This document shows, one piece after another, positions 22,801-34,912 of a stretch of 64,000 nt of DNA. The DNA lies in the NCBI GenBank assembly GCA_043228905.1, contig JBHGNT010000009.1:10726001-10790000 (forward strand), in the 5' to 3' direction. Under the pieces are notes generated by a model. The model saw only the letters and a list, made by a program, of their open reading frames with translations, had not been told where the DNA came from and did no database searches. The DNA is from Azolla caroliniana. Its lineage: Eukaryota; Plantae; Polypodiophyta. Position numbers and translations under genes: made by a program. Each line of letters begins with the position of its first letter. The first letter of the stretch is position 1.

Positions 22801-25800
22801 TCATCCAAGAATGACATGGTGATGTCCGGGATACAATCCCTGAGCACTTTGTTCATCGCGTTCACCATGTGAGCCACTGAGTTCGTCCCTCTTTGTGGCA
22901 GGGTACACATCCGCATTAGGCCGAGAGGAGTCCGCATCGTCGTAATGTCTCTGCTCTCCACGGCTAGCTGGAACTGATCGTACCCCGAGTACAGATCACC
23001 GACAGAATAGATCGACCTTCCAGCGAAGGCCTCCACGAACTCGTCTATGTTCGGTCCGATCCCTGCATTACGGATGGTCACCTTGTTGACCGGTTGTAGG
23101 TCCTGAATGAAGCGCAACGTGCCGTTCTTCTTCGGCACCGTAAACCACCGATTCGAATACGGGGCACTCGATGGTTCGAGGATGCCCATCTCCACCTTTT
23201 GCTTCAAGAGCTCCATCAACTTCGGGATGTGAGCTCTCAGTACCGGAATCGGCTTGAGATTCCATGGTACATGCGGTGCCGTGAAGATCACCATCGGTTC
23301 GACAACTGTCGGGTCTACGCACCCGATCTCCTCCGGTGAGAATGCGAAAGCCTTCCCGTGCCTCCCGAACATCCTCCGAAACTGGTCCTCCTCCGCCGGC
23401 AGTAGGAAGCCGCCCCCACCGACCTTGAGTGCTCGTAGCGTTATGTCGGTGAACCGGTGCCCTATGCCAGCCGGATTTCGTAAACTTGGGTCTGACGCGA
23501 CCCCTTTTATCCGCTCCTTGCTGCCCTCCGGCAAGGGTGCCGCGACTGGACTCACCTTCCGGTCCACAGTCTTGTATTTCGTATCCACGCGGGCCGTCCG
23601 ATCCGACCCGATCCTTTCCCCGAAGTCTGCGATGACTTCGTACATTCCCATTGACCCCACCGGAACGGTCCAGTCTTCCCTAAGGTCTTCACCGATCACC
23701 TTTCATAGTTTGCCCAAGGTGTCGTCAAAAGAGACCGCCTCCACAGCGCCGCTGATGTCCTCGTCGGGGAAGAGGACTCCGCATCCCTTGAGCCGCTCCT
23801 CCGCTCGCTTCCTCTCCCTGTTGCTGACGCTGGTTATAGTACAACCTCCGTTGTTGGAGAACCAAACTTTCCTACCTATGGTACAAGTCTTCTTCCGTAC
23901 TGTACATTTGTGGGGTTCTTCTCGGGTGTCCGGACTATCGCGGCCCCACGCCTTGACAACCCTCTCTAAAAATCCCCTCGGGTTTCGCTGCCGAGGGCCT
24001 CGCGGTTACGCTCATGGTTTGGTCGCACCGTTAGGAACTGGACCGAGTGACGCCCGTCCTGGCTCTTGACTCTTGCATAGGCTGAACCGTTGTCTAGCAC
24101 CTTGGTCTCCATCCGTGCCGCTGTGATATATGGCTCTCCTAGTATAACCGGATGCGAGGACATCTCCTGCACGAAAAAGTGTTGATCGATCTCGACATCG
24201 CCGATTTTCACCCGTATGTTCGAACAGGCCCCATGTAGTTCTTCCGTGGCGTGCGTCGCTGCCTGTATCTTCCAGCCATGCTTGGTGTTGATCGGCCATT
24301 TACCCTTCTTGTAGAAATCCATGGACATCAAGTTGATTTCGGATCCATGGTCTACCAACGCCACCACCGGTTCCAGAACGTTGCCGATCTGTACAGGGGT
24401 TTCCGTAGTCGCCCTGGTCCAATGCGGCTTCGTGTAGTAGCTTCCCGCCAGCTCATCTTCCAAGGCTCCGTCTTCCAGGTGCGTGGTCCGCACTTCCACC
24501 GGCTTCTCCGGCTCCGGCTCCATCGAGAGCCTCTTCCGCTTCACCAAGTCTACGATAGAGTCATGGAACTCCCTCTTGGCGATTCCCAGCACCTCCCGCA
24601 ACGACAACTCCACTTTACTGTCGAGGATTCTCTCTTCAAGGACCTTCCGTAGGTCCGTTGCTCTCTCGATTTCGGTGCTCAACCAAAACCCCGCCTGCTT
24701 CTTCCCATCTGGCACGCCTGGGTTACCGGCACCGGTCGGTTTCGGTCCGAACCGGGTCTCATACCTTGGGGAGCCAACCCCTCCGGCCTTTCCTGCCCGT
24801 TTGTCCTCCACCAGAACCTCGTAGTTCTCGCAAGCAGCTTCTACAAAGCCCGTTTTCTCTTCGACCGGATCGTCCCAACCGGTGACCTCCTGGACCCGCT
24901 GTTCCACGCGGTCGCCTCTTCCTTCCTCAGTCGAACTCCGGAGAGGCCTTCTAGCACTAGCGGCCAGAATCCGGAGTCCTTCGCCTTCCGGGTCTCATCA
25001 CCCCCGACCCGAATTCCCGCCGACACTGAGTAGTTAACGGCTTCGACGTGCCCTGTCGCGGCCTCTTCCATCAACCTCTTCATTCCGCCGCGCCCCGTAT
25101 TCAGTTCCAGGGCTCTCCAGGTCTCGCTTGCGTGCACCCGCCCGTTCCAGAGGTACACCACGTTGGTCTTGAGCGCGTCCGCGAAATCCGCGCAATCCTT
25201 CCGAATGTGACCGATCACGTCACACCACATGCACCGCTGCCCAGCCGGCGGCCTCCGGTCGCGAGGTTGTTCACCACTGTCTCTTTGGGCCTGTGCAATC
25301 TGCAGGTCGTGCACCATCTATGTTAGCTCCTCCAGAGCCGCTCCTCCGGATGGGCCTCTGACCACGTCGTTCGATGCCGACCCCGACTCCGGCCAGATTC
25401 GGGTCTCTTCCTTCCTCCCAGCCAACACCAAAACTGGCTCCTCGAGCCTCCTCCCCCGGACCTGCCCCGACCCCGACGTGCTTCCGTCGCTCCAATCGCG
25501 CCGTTTCTCGAAACGGCTACAGACCCGTTTTACCACGGCCCAATCCATCGTGAGCCCTTCGTCCGTTTCCAATAGGGGACCCACCTTTTCCCTGTCGAGT
25601 GCATCCACCGACTTGACAAACAACAATACTTGACTTGTTTCGAGCACCGTCCGGTCCAGCGTCGACAGCCGCACGAACCGTTTTTCAAACTCCTAGAGGA
25701 GCACCGACGTGTTCCTCCCTTTTCCGGGGCTTTCCACCCACGCCATGAAGTCCCGCCTCGACAGTCGGAGCGAGTCGTCAAACCCGTACTTCTCGAGGAG

Positions 25801-26748
25801 CTGCAGCTCGAACTCCTCCCAAGTCTGGCATCCGGCTAGCACCTCGAGCACCTCCGCATGGATGCCCAGCGTCACCACCCGAGGGAATCCGGATAGCCGC
25901 CTATCCACCGGGATATCCCTCATGATCATTTCGGCCCGGTAAGCCTCCAAATAACTTGTGGCGTCTTTCCCTCCGAAACGGCCTATAGAGCCGACGATCG
26001 ATTCAATGGCTCTGTCGAGGGTACCCGTTCCCTCACGAGCGCTCACCAGCCGGTTGACGGCCACCGCCATTGCCTCTGCTAGCTCCGATCCCCTCATCTT
26101 TCGACTCCTTTGCCGCCCTTTCACGTCGGGTTCACCAAAGATGTCGCGTTGTTACGCGCGTGCGTGTAGAAAGAGGCGGGACCACGGGGGTCTTGGACCA
26201 AGGAGAGAGAGATGGAGAGAGAGAGATACATAGAGAAGAGTTAAGAGCGAGAAACAAGAATCCAATTACTAAAATCAATAGCTTACAACTCCAACAGTTA
26301 CAACCGGCAACCCGGTAATGGGCCCGACATGGGGTACCACTCACACACACACACACGTTTGCCACACAACTCCAGGAACCAAAAGGGGGAGAGCCTCTGC
26401 TTGAAGCACACGGGCTGTCAACGAAGCAGAGGCAGTGAACTCCCGACACCCATAGAGACCGACGACTGGAGGAGGAGAAGAGAGAGCTCGGCACTTCGTT
26501 CTGCAGCAGCACCCCTCCCCTTTCCCAACGCGCGATCCCCTTTTCTCTTGTCCTCTTCCCTTTATTCCCTGTCCCTCTGACAGGGATACGCACAATCCCC
26601 CCCCCCCCCCCCCCAATAAATGCGTGCGACTTAGTATTTATCTCCACCGATTCGTGTACAAAATACCAAGTCACGCGTCCATCCGTGTAAGGGCCCGGTT
26701 TATGCGCTTTCTCTCTGATTCCGCCTATGGCCAGTTTTCTTCACAACA
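19832..26748 (-). mobile_element. Full-length Ty3/Gypsy element C (A family), decayed
   Basis: LTRs 19832-20414 and 26142-26748; TSD CCGG; PBS 26120-26137; PPT from 20415. Gag-protease 23966-26124 and pol 20484-23975 carry frameshifts and stops. Confidence 0.93.
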
Positions 26749-27639
26749 CCGGCATACCACCGAAGTGTTCTTTCCGGACTAAAATCCAGGGAGTTGTACC
26801 ATATACACCTCTTCCTCAAGTTCTCCTTGCAAGAACGCATTCTTTACATCCATCTGATGTAAATGACACCCCTTTACCTCGGCTACCGCAAGCAGGACAC
26901 AAACGGTTGGCATCTTCGCGACTGGCGCAAAGGTCTCATCGTAGTCGATGCCGTGTTGTTGTGTGTATCCCTTCGCCACTAACCGGGCCATGTAGCGGTT
27001 GACAGAGCCGTCGGAGTTGTACTTGACCTTGTACACCCACCTACATCCAATCGGTTTTACACCCTTTGGGGTGTCAACCAGGTCCTAGGTTTCATTTTCC
27101 GCTAATGCGTGCATATCCTTCTCCATTGCGGTACGCCAATTTGTGTCCTTCGCCGCTTCTGTGTAGCTCTCCGGCTCACGCATTTCCACCGCTCGCGTCA
27201 TGTATGCATAATGATGCGCCATGTACTCATTGTATCTGAACCGCACCACGGGGTTCAGATTGGCGCAATTGCTCATTAGCTAATTTTGAGGCCCTCTTGG
27301 CCGACGCGGACTTCGTTTCCGAAGGTCCGTCTTTGTTCTTCTCGGAGTCGGATTCGCTTCAATCCGACTCGTCTTTATCAATGCCATACTACAACATCTT
27401 CTTCTTTCCCTTCTCTTTGCATGTAAACCGTTTCCTCGGCTTCCTACACGGGGAATGCACGGCCGAGTCTCCACTACTCATCGGCTCTATGTTTGATTGT
27501 TCATGCCGACTCAGTCGCTCATTCGGCGCACTTAGCCTGAATGAGATCAAACTCTCTTCAAGAGCTTCAATGTCTCCTTCGTCCAGAGGCATTTCAGCCT
27601 CGCTGACCTCTTGGTCAGAGATCGGAATGCAATCGTCAC

Positions 27640-27669
27640 GGGTTTAGGGTTTAGGGTTTAGGGTTTAGG
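27640..27669 (+). repeat. Interstitial telomeric repeat, about (TTTAGGG)4
   Basis: GGGTTTAGGGTTTAGGGTTTAGGGTTTAGG inside Copia G. Confidence 0.85.
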
Positions 27670-29841
27670 CAAGTACCACGACGAGGACTCGTCGAACACA
27701 ACATCGCGACTTACGCGAGATTGTTTGGTTTTGGGGTTATAACACTTACAACCCTTCTATTCGTCCGAGTAGCCAACCAAGATACACTTCTCGGCTTTGG
27801 CATTCAACTTCCTCCAGTTTTCCTTTGGCACATGCACATACGCGATGCTACCAAAGACCCTCAAGTGTACCAAGTTCGGCTTCTTCTTGAAGTACAACTC
27901 TTGTGGTGACACTCCTCCATTGGCAAATGCCCAATTCTGGAGGTAGACAGTTGTTCTGGCCGCTTCAGCCCAATAGAACTTCGGCAGATGCTTCTCTTCA
28001 AGCATCGCCCTTGCCGCCTCCTCTATCGTCCGATTCTTCCTCTCAGCCACGCCGTTCTGATGCAGCGTGTATATACACGAGAATTCGCATGGAATTCCCT
28101 CCTGTAACAAGTCTCCTAATGGAATCGAGACATGTTGCTTTAGAACATAATTTTCAATGAAAGAGAAAGCATCTACCTCTTGTTCCAATTCAGTCCGCAT
28201 CCAGAATGCTGGAGATGACTTCTTGGATACTTGTACAGGGTTTGGTTCAGCCTTTTGCATGTCCAAATTTTGCTTTTTGGATGGAGAATGAAAATCAGCC
28301 CTCTTTAGAACTCATTCACGATCCAACTCTTCCTCTCTTCTCCTCTACCATCACATCATAATTTGTGGGAAAAGTTGGATCACTCCAACCAGTCCTTTGA
28401 CAACCATCTTCAATAAGAACAGTTTGAATAGTTGGATCTTGCTTGGGCAATTCAATTAGTCGAATAGCAGCCGAAGTAGAATGGAAAATAGCTTATGCAT
28501 GTCAAAGCTCTTCTTCCTCCAAGAGTTTTTTCATTCCTCCTCGCCCAAAATTTTTCTTTAGTCGTTGACGACTCACGGATGAGTGGATCAACCGATCCTT
28601 GTAGAATATGAGATTCTTCTGCATCACCTCCTAATGCTCCGCACACTCCGATCTTCGATGCTCCAAACTGTCACACCATAGGCATCGAAAATCCCTAGTC
28701 GGAAGAGTTCGTTGCACTTGTGGCTGATGTTGCACCTTCGACATGGAAGAAATCTTCCACTCCATGCATTGCTTCACTAGGCCATCTACGTCACTTGGTT
28801 GTGGTTTCTCCATAGATGCCTCAATCCATGTTCCTGTCTTCAAAGAGGAGGTCGGAGTAGCGTTTCCAAGTCCCTTCGAACCCAACCATGTTCTTCTTTT
28901 CTCATATCGAAGGCAGATGGACCGAATTCAGCTCCAATCCTCCTCTAAACTTGTTTCAGTTTCACTTGATTCCATAAGTTTACCTAGCTCTACCCTATCC
29001 GCATAGGGAACCGACCAAAGGAAGCGAACCACCTTCTTTGGTTCAAGCAAAATTTGCTCCCAAACTGATAGTTGTCGGAACTTTGCTTCAAAATCAGTAA
29101 GGGTCTCTAGAACTGACCCATGCTTCTTGTCCAACTCCACCGAAGCTTCAAATGCCCACCGAGTCATCTTGGTGGAATCAGCATAATTAAAAACATCGAG
29201 CAAATCATGACGGAATGCCTCCCATTGTTGCAACATCTTGCGTTTGAAGCTCTTCTATGATAGGAAGAACATCGGCAACTACCACACGATGGATGTTGGA
29301 TTTCTTCAAATCAACAGGAATATTACGATGTAACATCTCCGCATCGAACACCTGCAAAAATCGGGTCACATCCTTTCTAGTGAATGGACCTAACTTCTCT
29401 AATACCCCATCCATAGCTCGATCTAGGTTCGGACTCCTCTTCCTCCCTGTGAGAATAGCTTCTAGAATTGATTGAAGTTGTGTTGCATCCATGTTCGAAG
29501 AGGTAAAATCCCAAAGAACTCACTCTCCTTGCCGCCCGTTTTCATGTCGGGTTCACCACATGTCGTGTCGAAGCACGTCGCATATAAGAGCTTGGCGTGT
29601 CCGGGCGGAACCGCTAGAGTTCTGAACCAGGAGAGTGGAAAAAAGAAGATGAAAAAGAAGAGTGGGAAGTTGAGCCGGAAGTATTTCAATAGTCACGAGT
29701 GGTTTGCTGTCAGGAACTCTATTAAGGCAGAGAAGGAATTAGTACTAAAAGAAGGGTTAGTACTATTGTTGGGGAATAGTACTAAGACAGAGAAGGATTA
29801 GTACTATGAGAGGTGTCGAACTTTGAGAGAAGGAATGAGTA

Positions 29842-29876
<35 letters not shown>

Positions 29877-30158
29877 TGATGCGAAAGATATATGTATTAT
29901 ATGACGGAAGATATACAACAGTAGTTAGAAGGCTTAAGACTGGCGTTGAACCGATTTGGTTCGAACTAATGCCTTGCGCCTCCTTTTATAGTGTCTTCAG
30001 GAATACTCCTGAAGTTTCTAGAATGTTCCAGAGAAATCTGGAATATACATCAATTTCCCAATAAAACCTAAATGAAAATAATATCCTTCAAATTACAATT
30101 CATAACCTAATGGTAAAGTCTCGACCCGTGTAACAAAAGGTTATGGGTTCGAGTCTAG

Positions 30159-33100
30159 TTATGACACTATCCCCCCTTTAAAACGACGAGTTTCACGAGT
30201 CGTTTTGGATTGAGGACCCGGTTTCTCGGGATATCGTCGATGGAAGTCTTCTAGAAGAGCACGAGCATTGGTCACATTCTCGATCGGTTCCCAAGTACGC
30301 TCGCTGGGACTATATCCTAGCCAATCGACTAGATAGTAGAGCTTGTTGCGAACAATCTTGGAATCGAGGATGGCAGCGACCTCATACTCAGGTCCATCTT
30401 CGAGCTCGATAGGAGGTGGAGGTTGTATAGTACGTCCTGGGATAGTGCTCTCGTGATAGGGTTCGAGGAGAGAACTATGAAACACCGGATGTATCCGAAG
30501 TTGCGGAGGTAGCTCGAGACGAAAAGCGACATCATTAATCTTCCCGATAATACGGAAAGGACCTAATCGCCGATAATCCAACTTCTCACATGGGCGAGTA
30601 GTCTTGATGTGTCGTCGTAGCAGCCACACCCGATCTCCAATGTTAAAACTGGATGGAAGTCGATGACGATCTGCGTAGTCCTTGTGTGATTGTTGAGCTT
30701 GCTGGAGTTGAGTAGATAAATCCGCTTGTATCTTGCGTAACCGCTCCAAACGATCCTCCGCGCAAGGATTTGTGGACACTTCTGGGGTTTCAAGGACACA
30801 CCACCGGGGATGATATCCCGTATAAGCGTAGAATGGCGTGACTTTAGTCGATGCGTGGATAGCGTTATTATAGGCAAATTCGGCGAACTGAAGAATATCT
30901 GCCCAGTCATTCTGATGATAGTTGAGAAAGCACCGCAGATACTGCTCCAGTGTTTGATTTGTTCGTTCGGCTTGACCGTCGGTTTGTGGGTGGTAGCCGG
31001 AGGAGAGGTTACAAGTGACCTTCAGCATTTTAAAAAGGTGCTTCCAGAATTTTGACACAAACTGGGGTCCACGATCGCTGATGATATTATCAGGGAGTCC
31101 ATGATGCCGACATACTTCCCGCATGACAATTTCGGCGGTGTCTTCACTAGATATTTCTTTAGTACATGGTAAGAAATGAGCCATCTTCGTATATCGATCC
31201 ACCACTGTGAGAATCGCACTGAATCCCTTAGAGACTGGAAGATCTGTAATGAAGTCAAGAGCAATGGATTGCCATGGCTTGCTTGGAATTGGTAATGGTT
31301 CTAATAAACCATATGGATGATGTCTTGGCATTTTCGCTCTGCAGCATGTATCGCAAGTCCGAACAAAATCTTCGACAAATTGTCGCATACGGGGCCACCA
31401 GAATGATCGTTGTACTAAATCTAATGTTTTAGTACTACCAAAATGTCCTGCTGTATATGTGTCATGGCAGTTTTGTACTACTCGAAGGCGGCAAGAACCA
31501 TTAGGAACATACAAAAGTTCTTTAAAGAAGAGTAATCCATCACAGTATTTGAATTGCCGATAATCCGTACCTGGTGATTGTGATTGTGAACATGACGCTC
31601 GAGAGGGGTCAATTTGTGCTAGTATAGCTTGGGCGAAAGCGTCAGTCTTCAAGTCCTCACGTATAGTATTGGTAATGTCGGAATCCACGGGCATGTCAAA
31701 GACCTGTGCTGCTTGCAGTCGTGCTGGACCCAAGATTACTTGCTTCTGGTTATCGAAAGCTGGCTCACCAGGACGTGGTGTTAGATACGAACGCCGTGAT
31801 AATGCATCTGCCTTCCCTTGGTGCTTCCCCGGACGATATGTAATTTTGAAGTCGAAGCGTGTGAGGAAGTGGGCCCACCGAGCTTGACGTCGATTCAGTA
31901 CACGAGCATCTTGAAAGTAGGCAAGGTTCTTGTGGTCACTGAATACAGTGACCTGATGAGGAGATCCCTCCAGGAAATGCCTCCATTGCATAAAAGAATC
32001 AACTATTGCTAATAGCTCTTTATCATGAATTTCGTAGTTGATTTCGGCGGCGTCAAACTTACGGGAGTGGAAAGCCACAGGATGTAGCTTCTCGTCGTTA
32101 CCCTGTTGTGACAGAATGCTCCCCAATGCGAAATCCGATGCGTCAGCTTCGATAATGAATGGTTTTTCCGGATCCACATGACCTAAAATTGGAGCTGATG
32201 TAAACGCCTTCTTAAGACTCTCGAAAGCCATGTCCGTCTCTTTAGACCAAATGAATGATTGTCCCTTCCTGGTGAGCTGTGTGAGAGGCATCACAATTTT
32301 TGAGTAATTTTGTATGAACTTCCGGTAAAAATTTGCAAAGCCTAGGAAGCATTGCACATCCCGCACCGAACACGGAGTGTGCCATTCTATCACCGTTTTG
32401 ACCTTGGCTGGGTCCATAGATATGCCTTCTGAGGAGATGACATAGCCGAGAAACTCCACTTGGTTGCACCCGAAACTACATTTCTCTAACTTTGCATACA
32501 GACCATGTTCTCGAAGTCGTTTTAGTACTAATAGTACATGAGAATCATGTTCTTCTTGGGTCTTTGAATAAACCAGTAGATCATCCAAATAGATGATCAA
32601 AAAATCATCCAAGAGATCTCTAAATATATCATTCGCCATGTGCTGGAAGACTGCCGGCGCATTAGTGAGTCCGAACGGCATGACCGTATACTCGAAGTGC
32701 CCATATCTGGTGCGAAACGCCGTCTTCCATTCATCTCCTGGTCGGATCCGTACGAGGTTATAGGCTCCTCGTAAGTCGATCTTCGTGAAGAACCTGGCAC
32801 CGTTGATCCGTTCTAAAAGACTTGAGATAAGGGGAAGAGCATACCTATTTCTTACTGTGACCTTATTCAAGCCACGGTAATCTACAACGAGTCGAAGCGA
32901 GCCATCTTTTTTCTTGACGAAGAAAATGGGTGCGCCGGCTGGAGATTTCGAATGCCGAATGAAACCGTTCTCCAAATTCTCCTCTATATAGGCTCGAAGG
33001 ACTTCTAGCTCGGTTGGTGACAAATTGTAGATCGGCCCCCATGGCGGCTCTTTTCCCGGTTGTAAGTCGATGGCGCAGTCGTACGGCCGATGATGAGGAA

Positions 33101-33755
33101 GTGTGTTGGCTTGTACTTTATCGAACACATCAGCATACTGACGATACTTCTCGGGAAGTTGAACGGTGGACTCCTCTTTGGTGGTGCTGGAGGGTTGTAC
33201 TGATATTGCGAAGAGAAACATTTCCTCCTTGCGCCCTTCCTCACGCAACTGACGTAGCGAAATGGTTGCAACCTTCTGGGTAGATCCTTGGGTTTGTCGC
33301 AACCGGATTTCCCTTGTCCTCCAATCTATGTCTGGGTCATGTAACTCGAACCATGGTAATCCTAAAACTATGGGATGTTCTGGAATACTAATAATATTAA
33401 ATGATACTACACATGTTAAGTTATCTAGGACAATATTAACGGGTTCCGACTCTTCTATGATATTACCAGAAGCAATGGGACGACCATCAATGACTACTAC
33501 TGAGGCTGGACATGGGAGCTTTCTGAGAGATATCTGATGAGCTCGGGCAAAATTCCTATCCATGAAGCAAGAATTAGCTCCGGAATCTAGAAGGGCTAAG
33601 GTATGTACTGGAGGGGTACTTTTAGTACTAACTGCTACTTGGGCTACGAACACATCACTAACTTGCTTAGAGGGAATGGAACCACTAATGGGCTGCACAG
33701 ATCTAGGGCTGTCCAACCAAACGGCTCCTATTTTGGCTGGACTTAGTCGTTTAAC
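30159..33755 (-). CDS. Pol of element J: protease-RT-RNase H-integrase-chromodomain
   Basis: LLDSGANS; YLDD; ADAS...YEIHDKELLAI; GHFG..C..C, ISDRG; chromodomain EYEVAAILDS...YLVDWLGY...TWEP. Lies in the -1 frame relative to gag. Confidence 0.95.
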   Translation of the reverse strand, partial: VKRLSPAKIGAVWLDSPRSVQPISGSIPSKQVSDVFVAQVAVSTKSTPPVHTLALLDSGANSCFMDRNFARAHQISLRKLPCPASVVVIDGRPIASGNIIEESEPVNIVLDNLTCVVSFNIISIPEHPIVLGLPWFELHDPDIDWRTREIRLRQTQGSTQKVATISLRQLREEGRKEEMFLFAISVQPSSTTKEESTVQLPEKYRQYADVFDKVQANTLPHHRPYDCAIDLQPGKEPPWGPIYNLSPTELEVLRAYIEENLENGFIRHSKSPAGAPIFFVKKKDGSLRLVVDYRGLNKVTVRNRYALPLISSLLERINGARFFTKIDLRGAYNLVRIRPGDEWKTAFRTRYGHFEYTVMPFGLTNAPAVFQHMANDIFRDLLDDFLIIYLDDLLVYSKTQEEHDSHVLLVLKRLREHGLYAKLEKCSFGCNQVEFLGYVISSEGISMDPAKVKTVIEWHTPCSVRDVQCFLGFANFYRKFIQNYSKIVMPLTQLTRKGQSFIWSKETDMAFESLKKAFTSAPILGHVDPEKPFIIEADASDFALGSILSQQGNDEKLHPVAFHSRKFDAAEINYEIHDKELLAIVDSFMQWRHFLEGSPHQVTVFSDHKNLAYFQDARVLNRRQARWAHFLTRFDFKITYRPGKHQGKADALSRRSYLTPRPGEPAFDNQKQVILGPARLQAAQVFDMPVDSDITNTIREDLKTDAFAQAILAQIDPSRASCSQSQSPGTDYRQFKYCDGLLFFKELLYVPNGSCRLRVVQNCHDTYTAGHFGSTKTLDLVQRSFWWPRMRQFVEDFVRTCDTCCRAKMPRHHPYGLLEPLPIPSKPWQSIALDFITDLPVSKGFSAILTVVDRYTKMAHFLPCTKEISSEDTAEIVMREVCRHHGLPDNIISDRGPQFVSKFWKHLFKMLKVTCNLSSGYHPQTDGQAERTNQTLEQYLRCFLNYHQNDWADILQFAEFAYNNAIHASTKVTPFYAYTGYHPRWCVLETPEVSTNPCAEDRLERLRKIQADLSTQLQQAQQSHKDYADRHRLPSSFNIGDRVWLLRRHIKTTRPCEKLDYRRLGPFRIIGKINDVAFRLELPPQLRIHPVFHSSLLEPYHESTIPGRTIQPPPPIELEDGPEYEVAAILDSKIVRNKLYYLVDWLGYSPSERTWEPIENVTNARALLEDFHRRYPEKPGPQSKTTRETRRFKGGIVS

Positions 33756-34912
33756 TCTTCTTCTAATTGGCTAAGGACATCAAATTTGTTTGCGAGATTC
33801 GGACTATTAGTACTATTAGGACTATTATGACTATGAGGATTATCAGAGATTCCTACTGAAATAGACTCGGGTTTAGTATAGTCAGAACTAACAATGACTT
33901 GGTTTACCTGCCTTCTTGGTCTATGGGGACAGTTTATCGCGATATGCCCTGGTCCACTGCAATAAAGGCATAATCGGTTTGTTCGGCGTCGTTGCTTTTC
34001 CTCCTCCGATAGCGGCCCACGACGACGTGTAGTGTCAATTTCCATTGGAGTTGGAGTACTTACTGGAGGCGCATTATGTGACTCCCTTTGAAAAGGTTTC
34101 GCTACCACTGAGGCATAGGTAGGCTCGGATCTTGCCCTCGGCATCTGAAATTGTCGTTCCGAACGTCGCTCGAAGAGGCGGTTGTCACATCTGACCGCTC
34201 GACTGATTGCTTCTGTTAATGATTTTGGCTCTTCAGGGAAAGTCAAGAGTAAATCCTTGACATCGTTGCGTAGACCATAGCGGAACTGCTCCATCAATGC
34301 TTGATCATCCCAGGGGATATCGGCGGCGAGTAGGCGGAAATCTGCAGCATATGCGGAGGCTGGACGGTCACCTTGGCGTAATCGCCGGATTTTGTTGATT
34401 GCAGTCCTTATGCTGTCAGTATCTCCAAAACATGCTTTAAACTCACTTATGAATTCTTCAAAATTATTTAGTACTGGAGATTCCTTTTCTAGTAGCGGAG
34501 CGAACCATGCTAATGCTGAGCCATTTAACAACGTGCCTACTAAACCCACTCGTGATGCATCGGTGGGATATCGGGACGGATGCATTTGAATAACTAACCG
34601 TACCTGGTTAAGAAACCCTCTAAACTGCGATCGCGTTCCATCGAACTTCGTGGGAAGGCCAATCTTGGGTTCTTTATGAATCCCTTGTGCTCCGTGCCCT
34701 TGTTGTTGCATTGCTACGATGGTTGCTTCGAGTTGTTGCACGCGTAACGCAAGTTCCCCATGCTGTTGTTGCGTTTGCTGCTTTTCTAAGGAAATTTGCT
34801 GAAGATCCCCCAACAAGCGTTGATTTTCTTGTTCCAAAGCATGAAACTTCTCTTTCAAGCATTGAAATTCCGAGAAAACGGATTGATACTCTTCAGCGCT
34901 AACGGTGGCCAT
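33743..34912 (-). CDS. Gag of element J
   Basis: Coiled-coil N-terminus, PTKFDG, LRQGDRPASAYAADF, PTPMEID and a CCHC knuckle (CLYCSGPGHIAINC). Confidence 0.95.
   Translation of the reverse strand: MATVSAEEYQSVFSEFQCLKEKFHALEQENQRLLGDLQQISLEKQQTQQQHGELALRVQQLEATIVAMQQQGHGAQGIHKEPKIGLPTKFDGTRSQFRGFLNQVRLVIQMHPSRYPTDASRVGLVGTLLNGSALAWFAPLLEKESPVLNNFEEFISEFKACFGDTDSIRTAINKIRRLRQGDRPASAYAADFRLLAADIPWDDQALMEQFRYGLRNDVKDLLLTFPEEPKSLTEAISRAVRCDNRLFERRSERQFQMPRARSEPTYASVVAKPFQRESHNAPPVSTPTPMEIDTTRRRGPLSEEEKQRRRTNRLCLYCSGPGHIAINCPHRPRRQVNQVIVSSDYTKPESISVGISDNPHSHNSPNSTNSPNLANKFDVLSQLEEELND

Larger units (their letters stand above)
19681..28105 (-). pseudogene. Copia element G remnant (integrase-RT), same family as E, interrupted by element C
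   Basis: Motifs [33 protein letters not shown] and [20 protein letters not shown] is restored across element C. Confidence 0.85.

Noticed and set aside
30096-30166. Functional tRNA gene
   Set aside because: The acceptor and anticodon stems do not pair. Kept only as a tRNA-like promoter finding.
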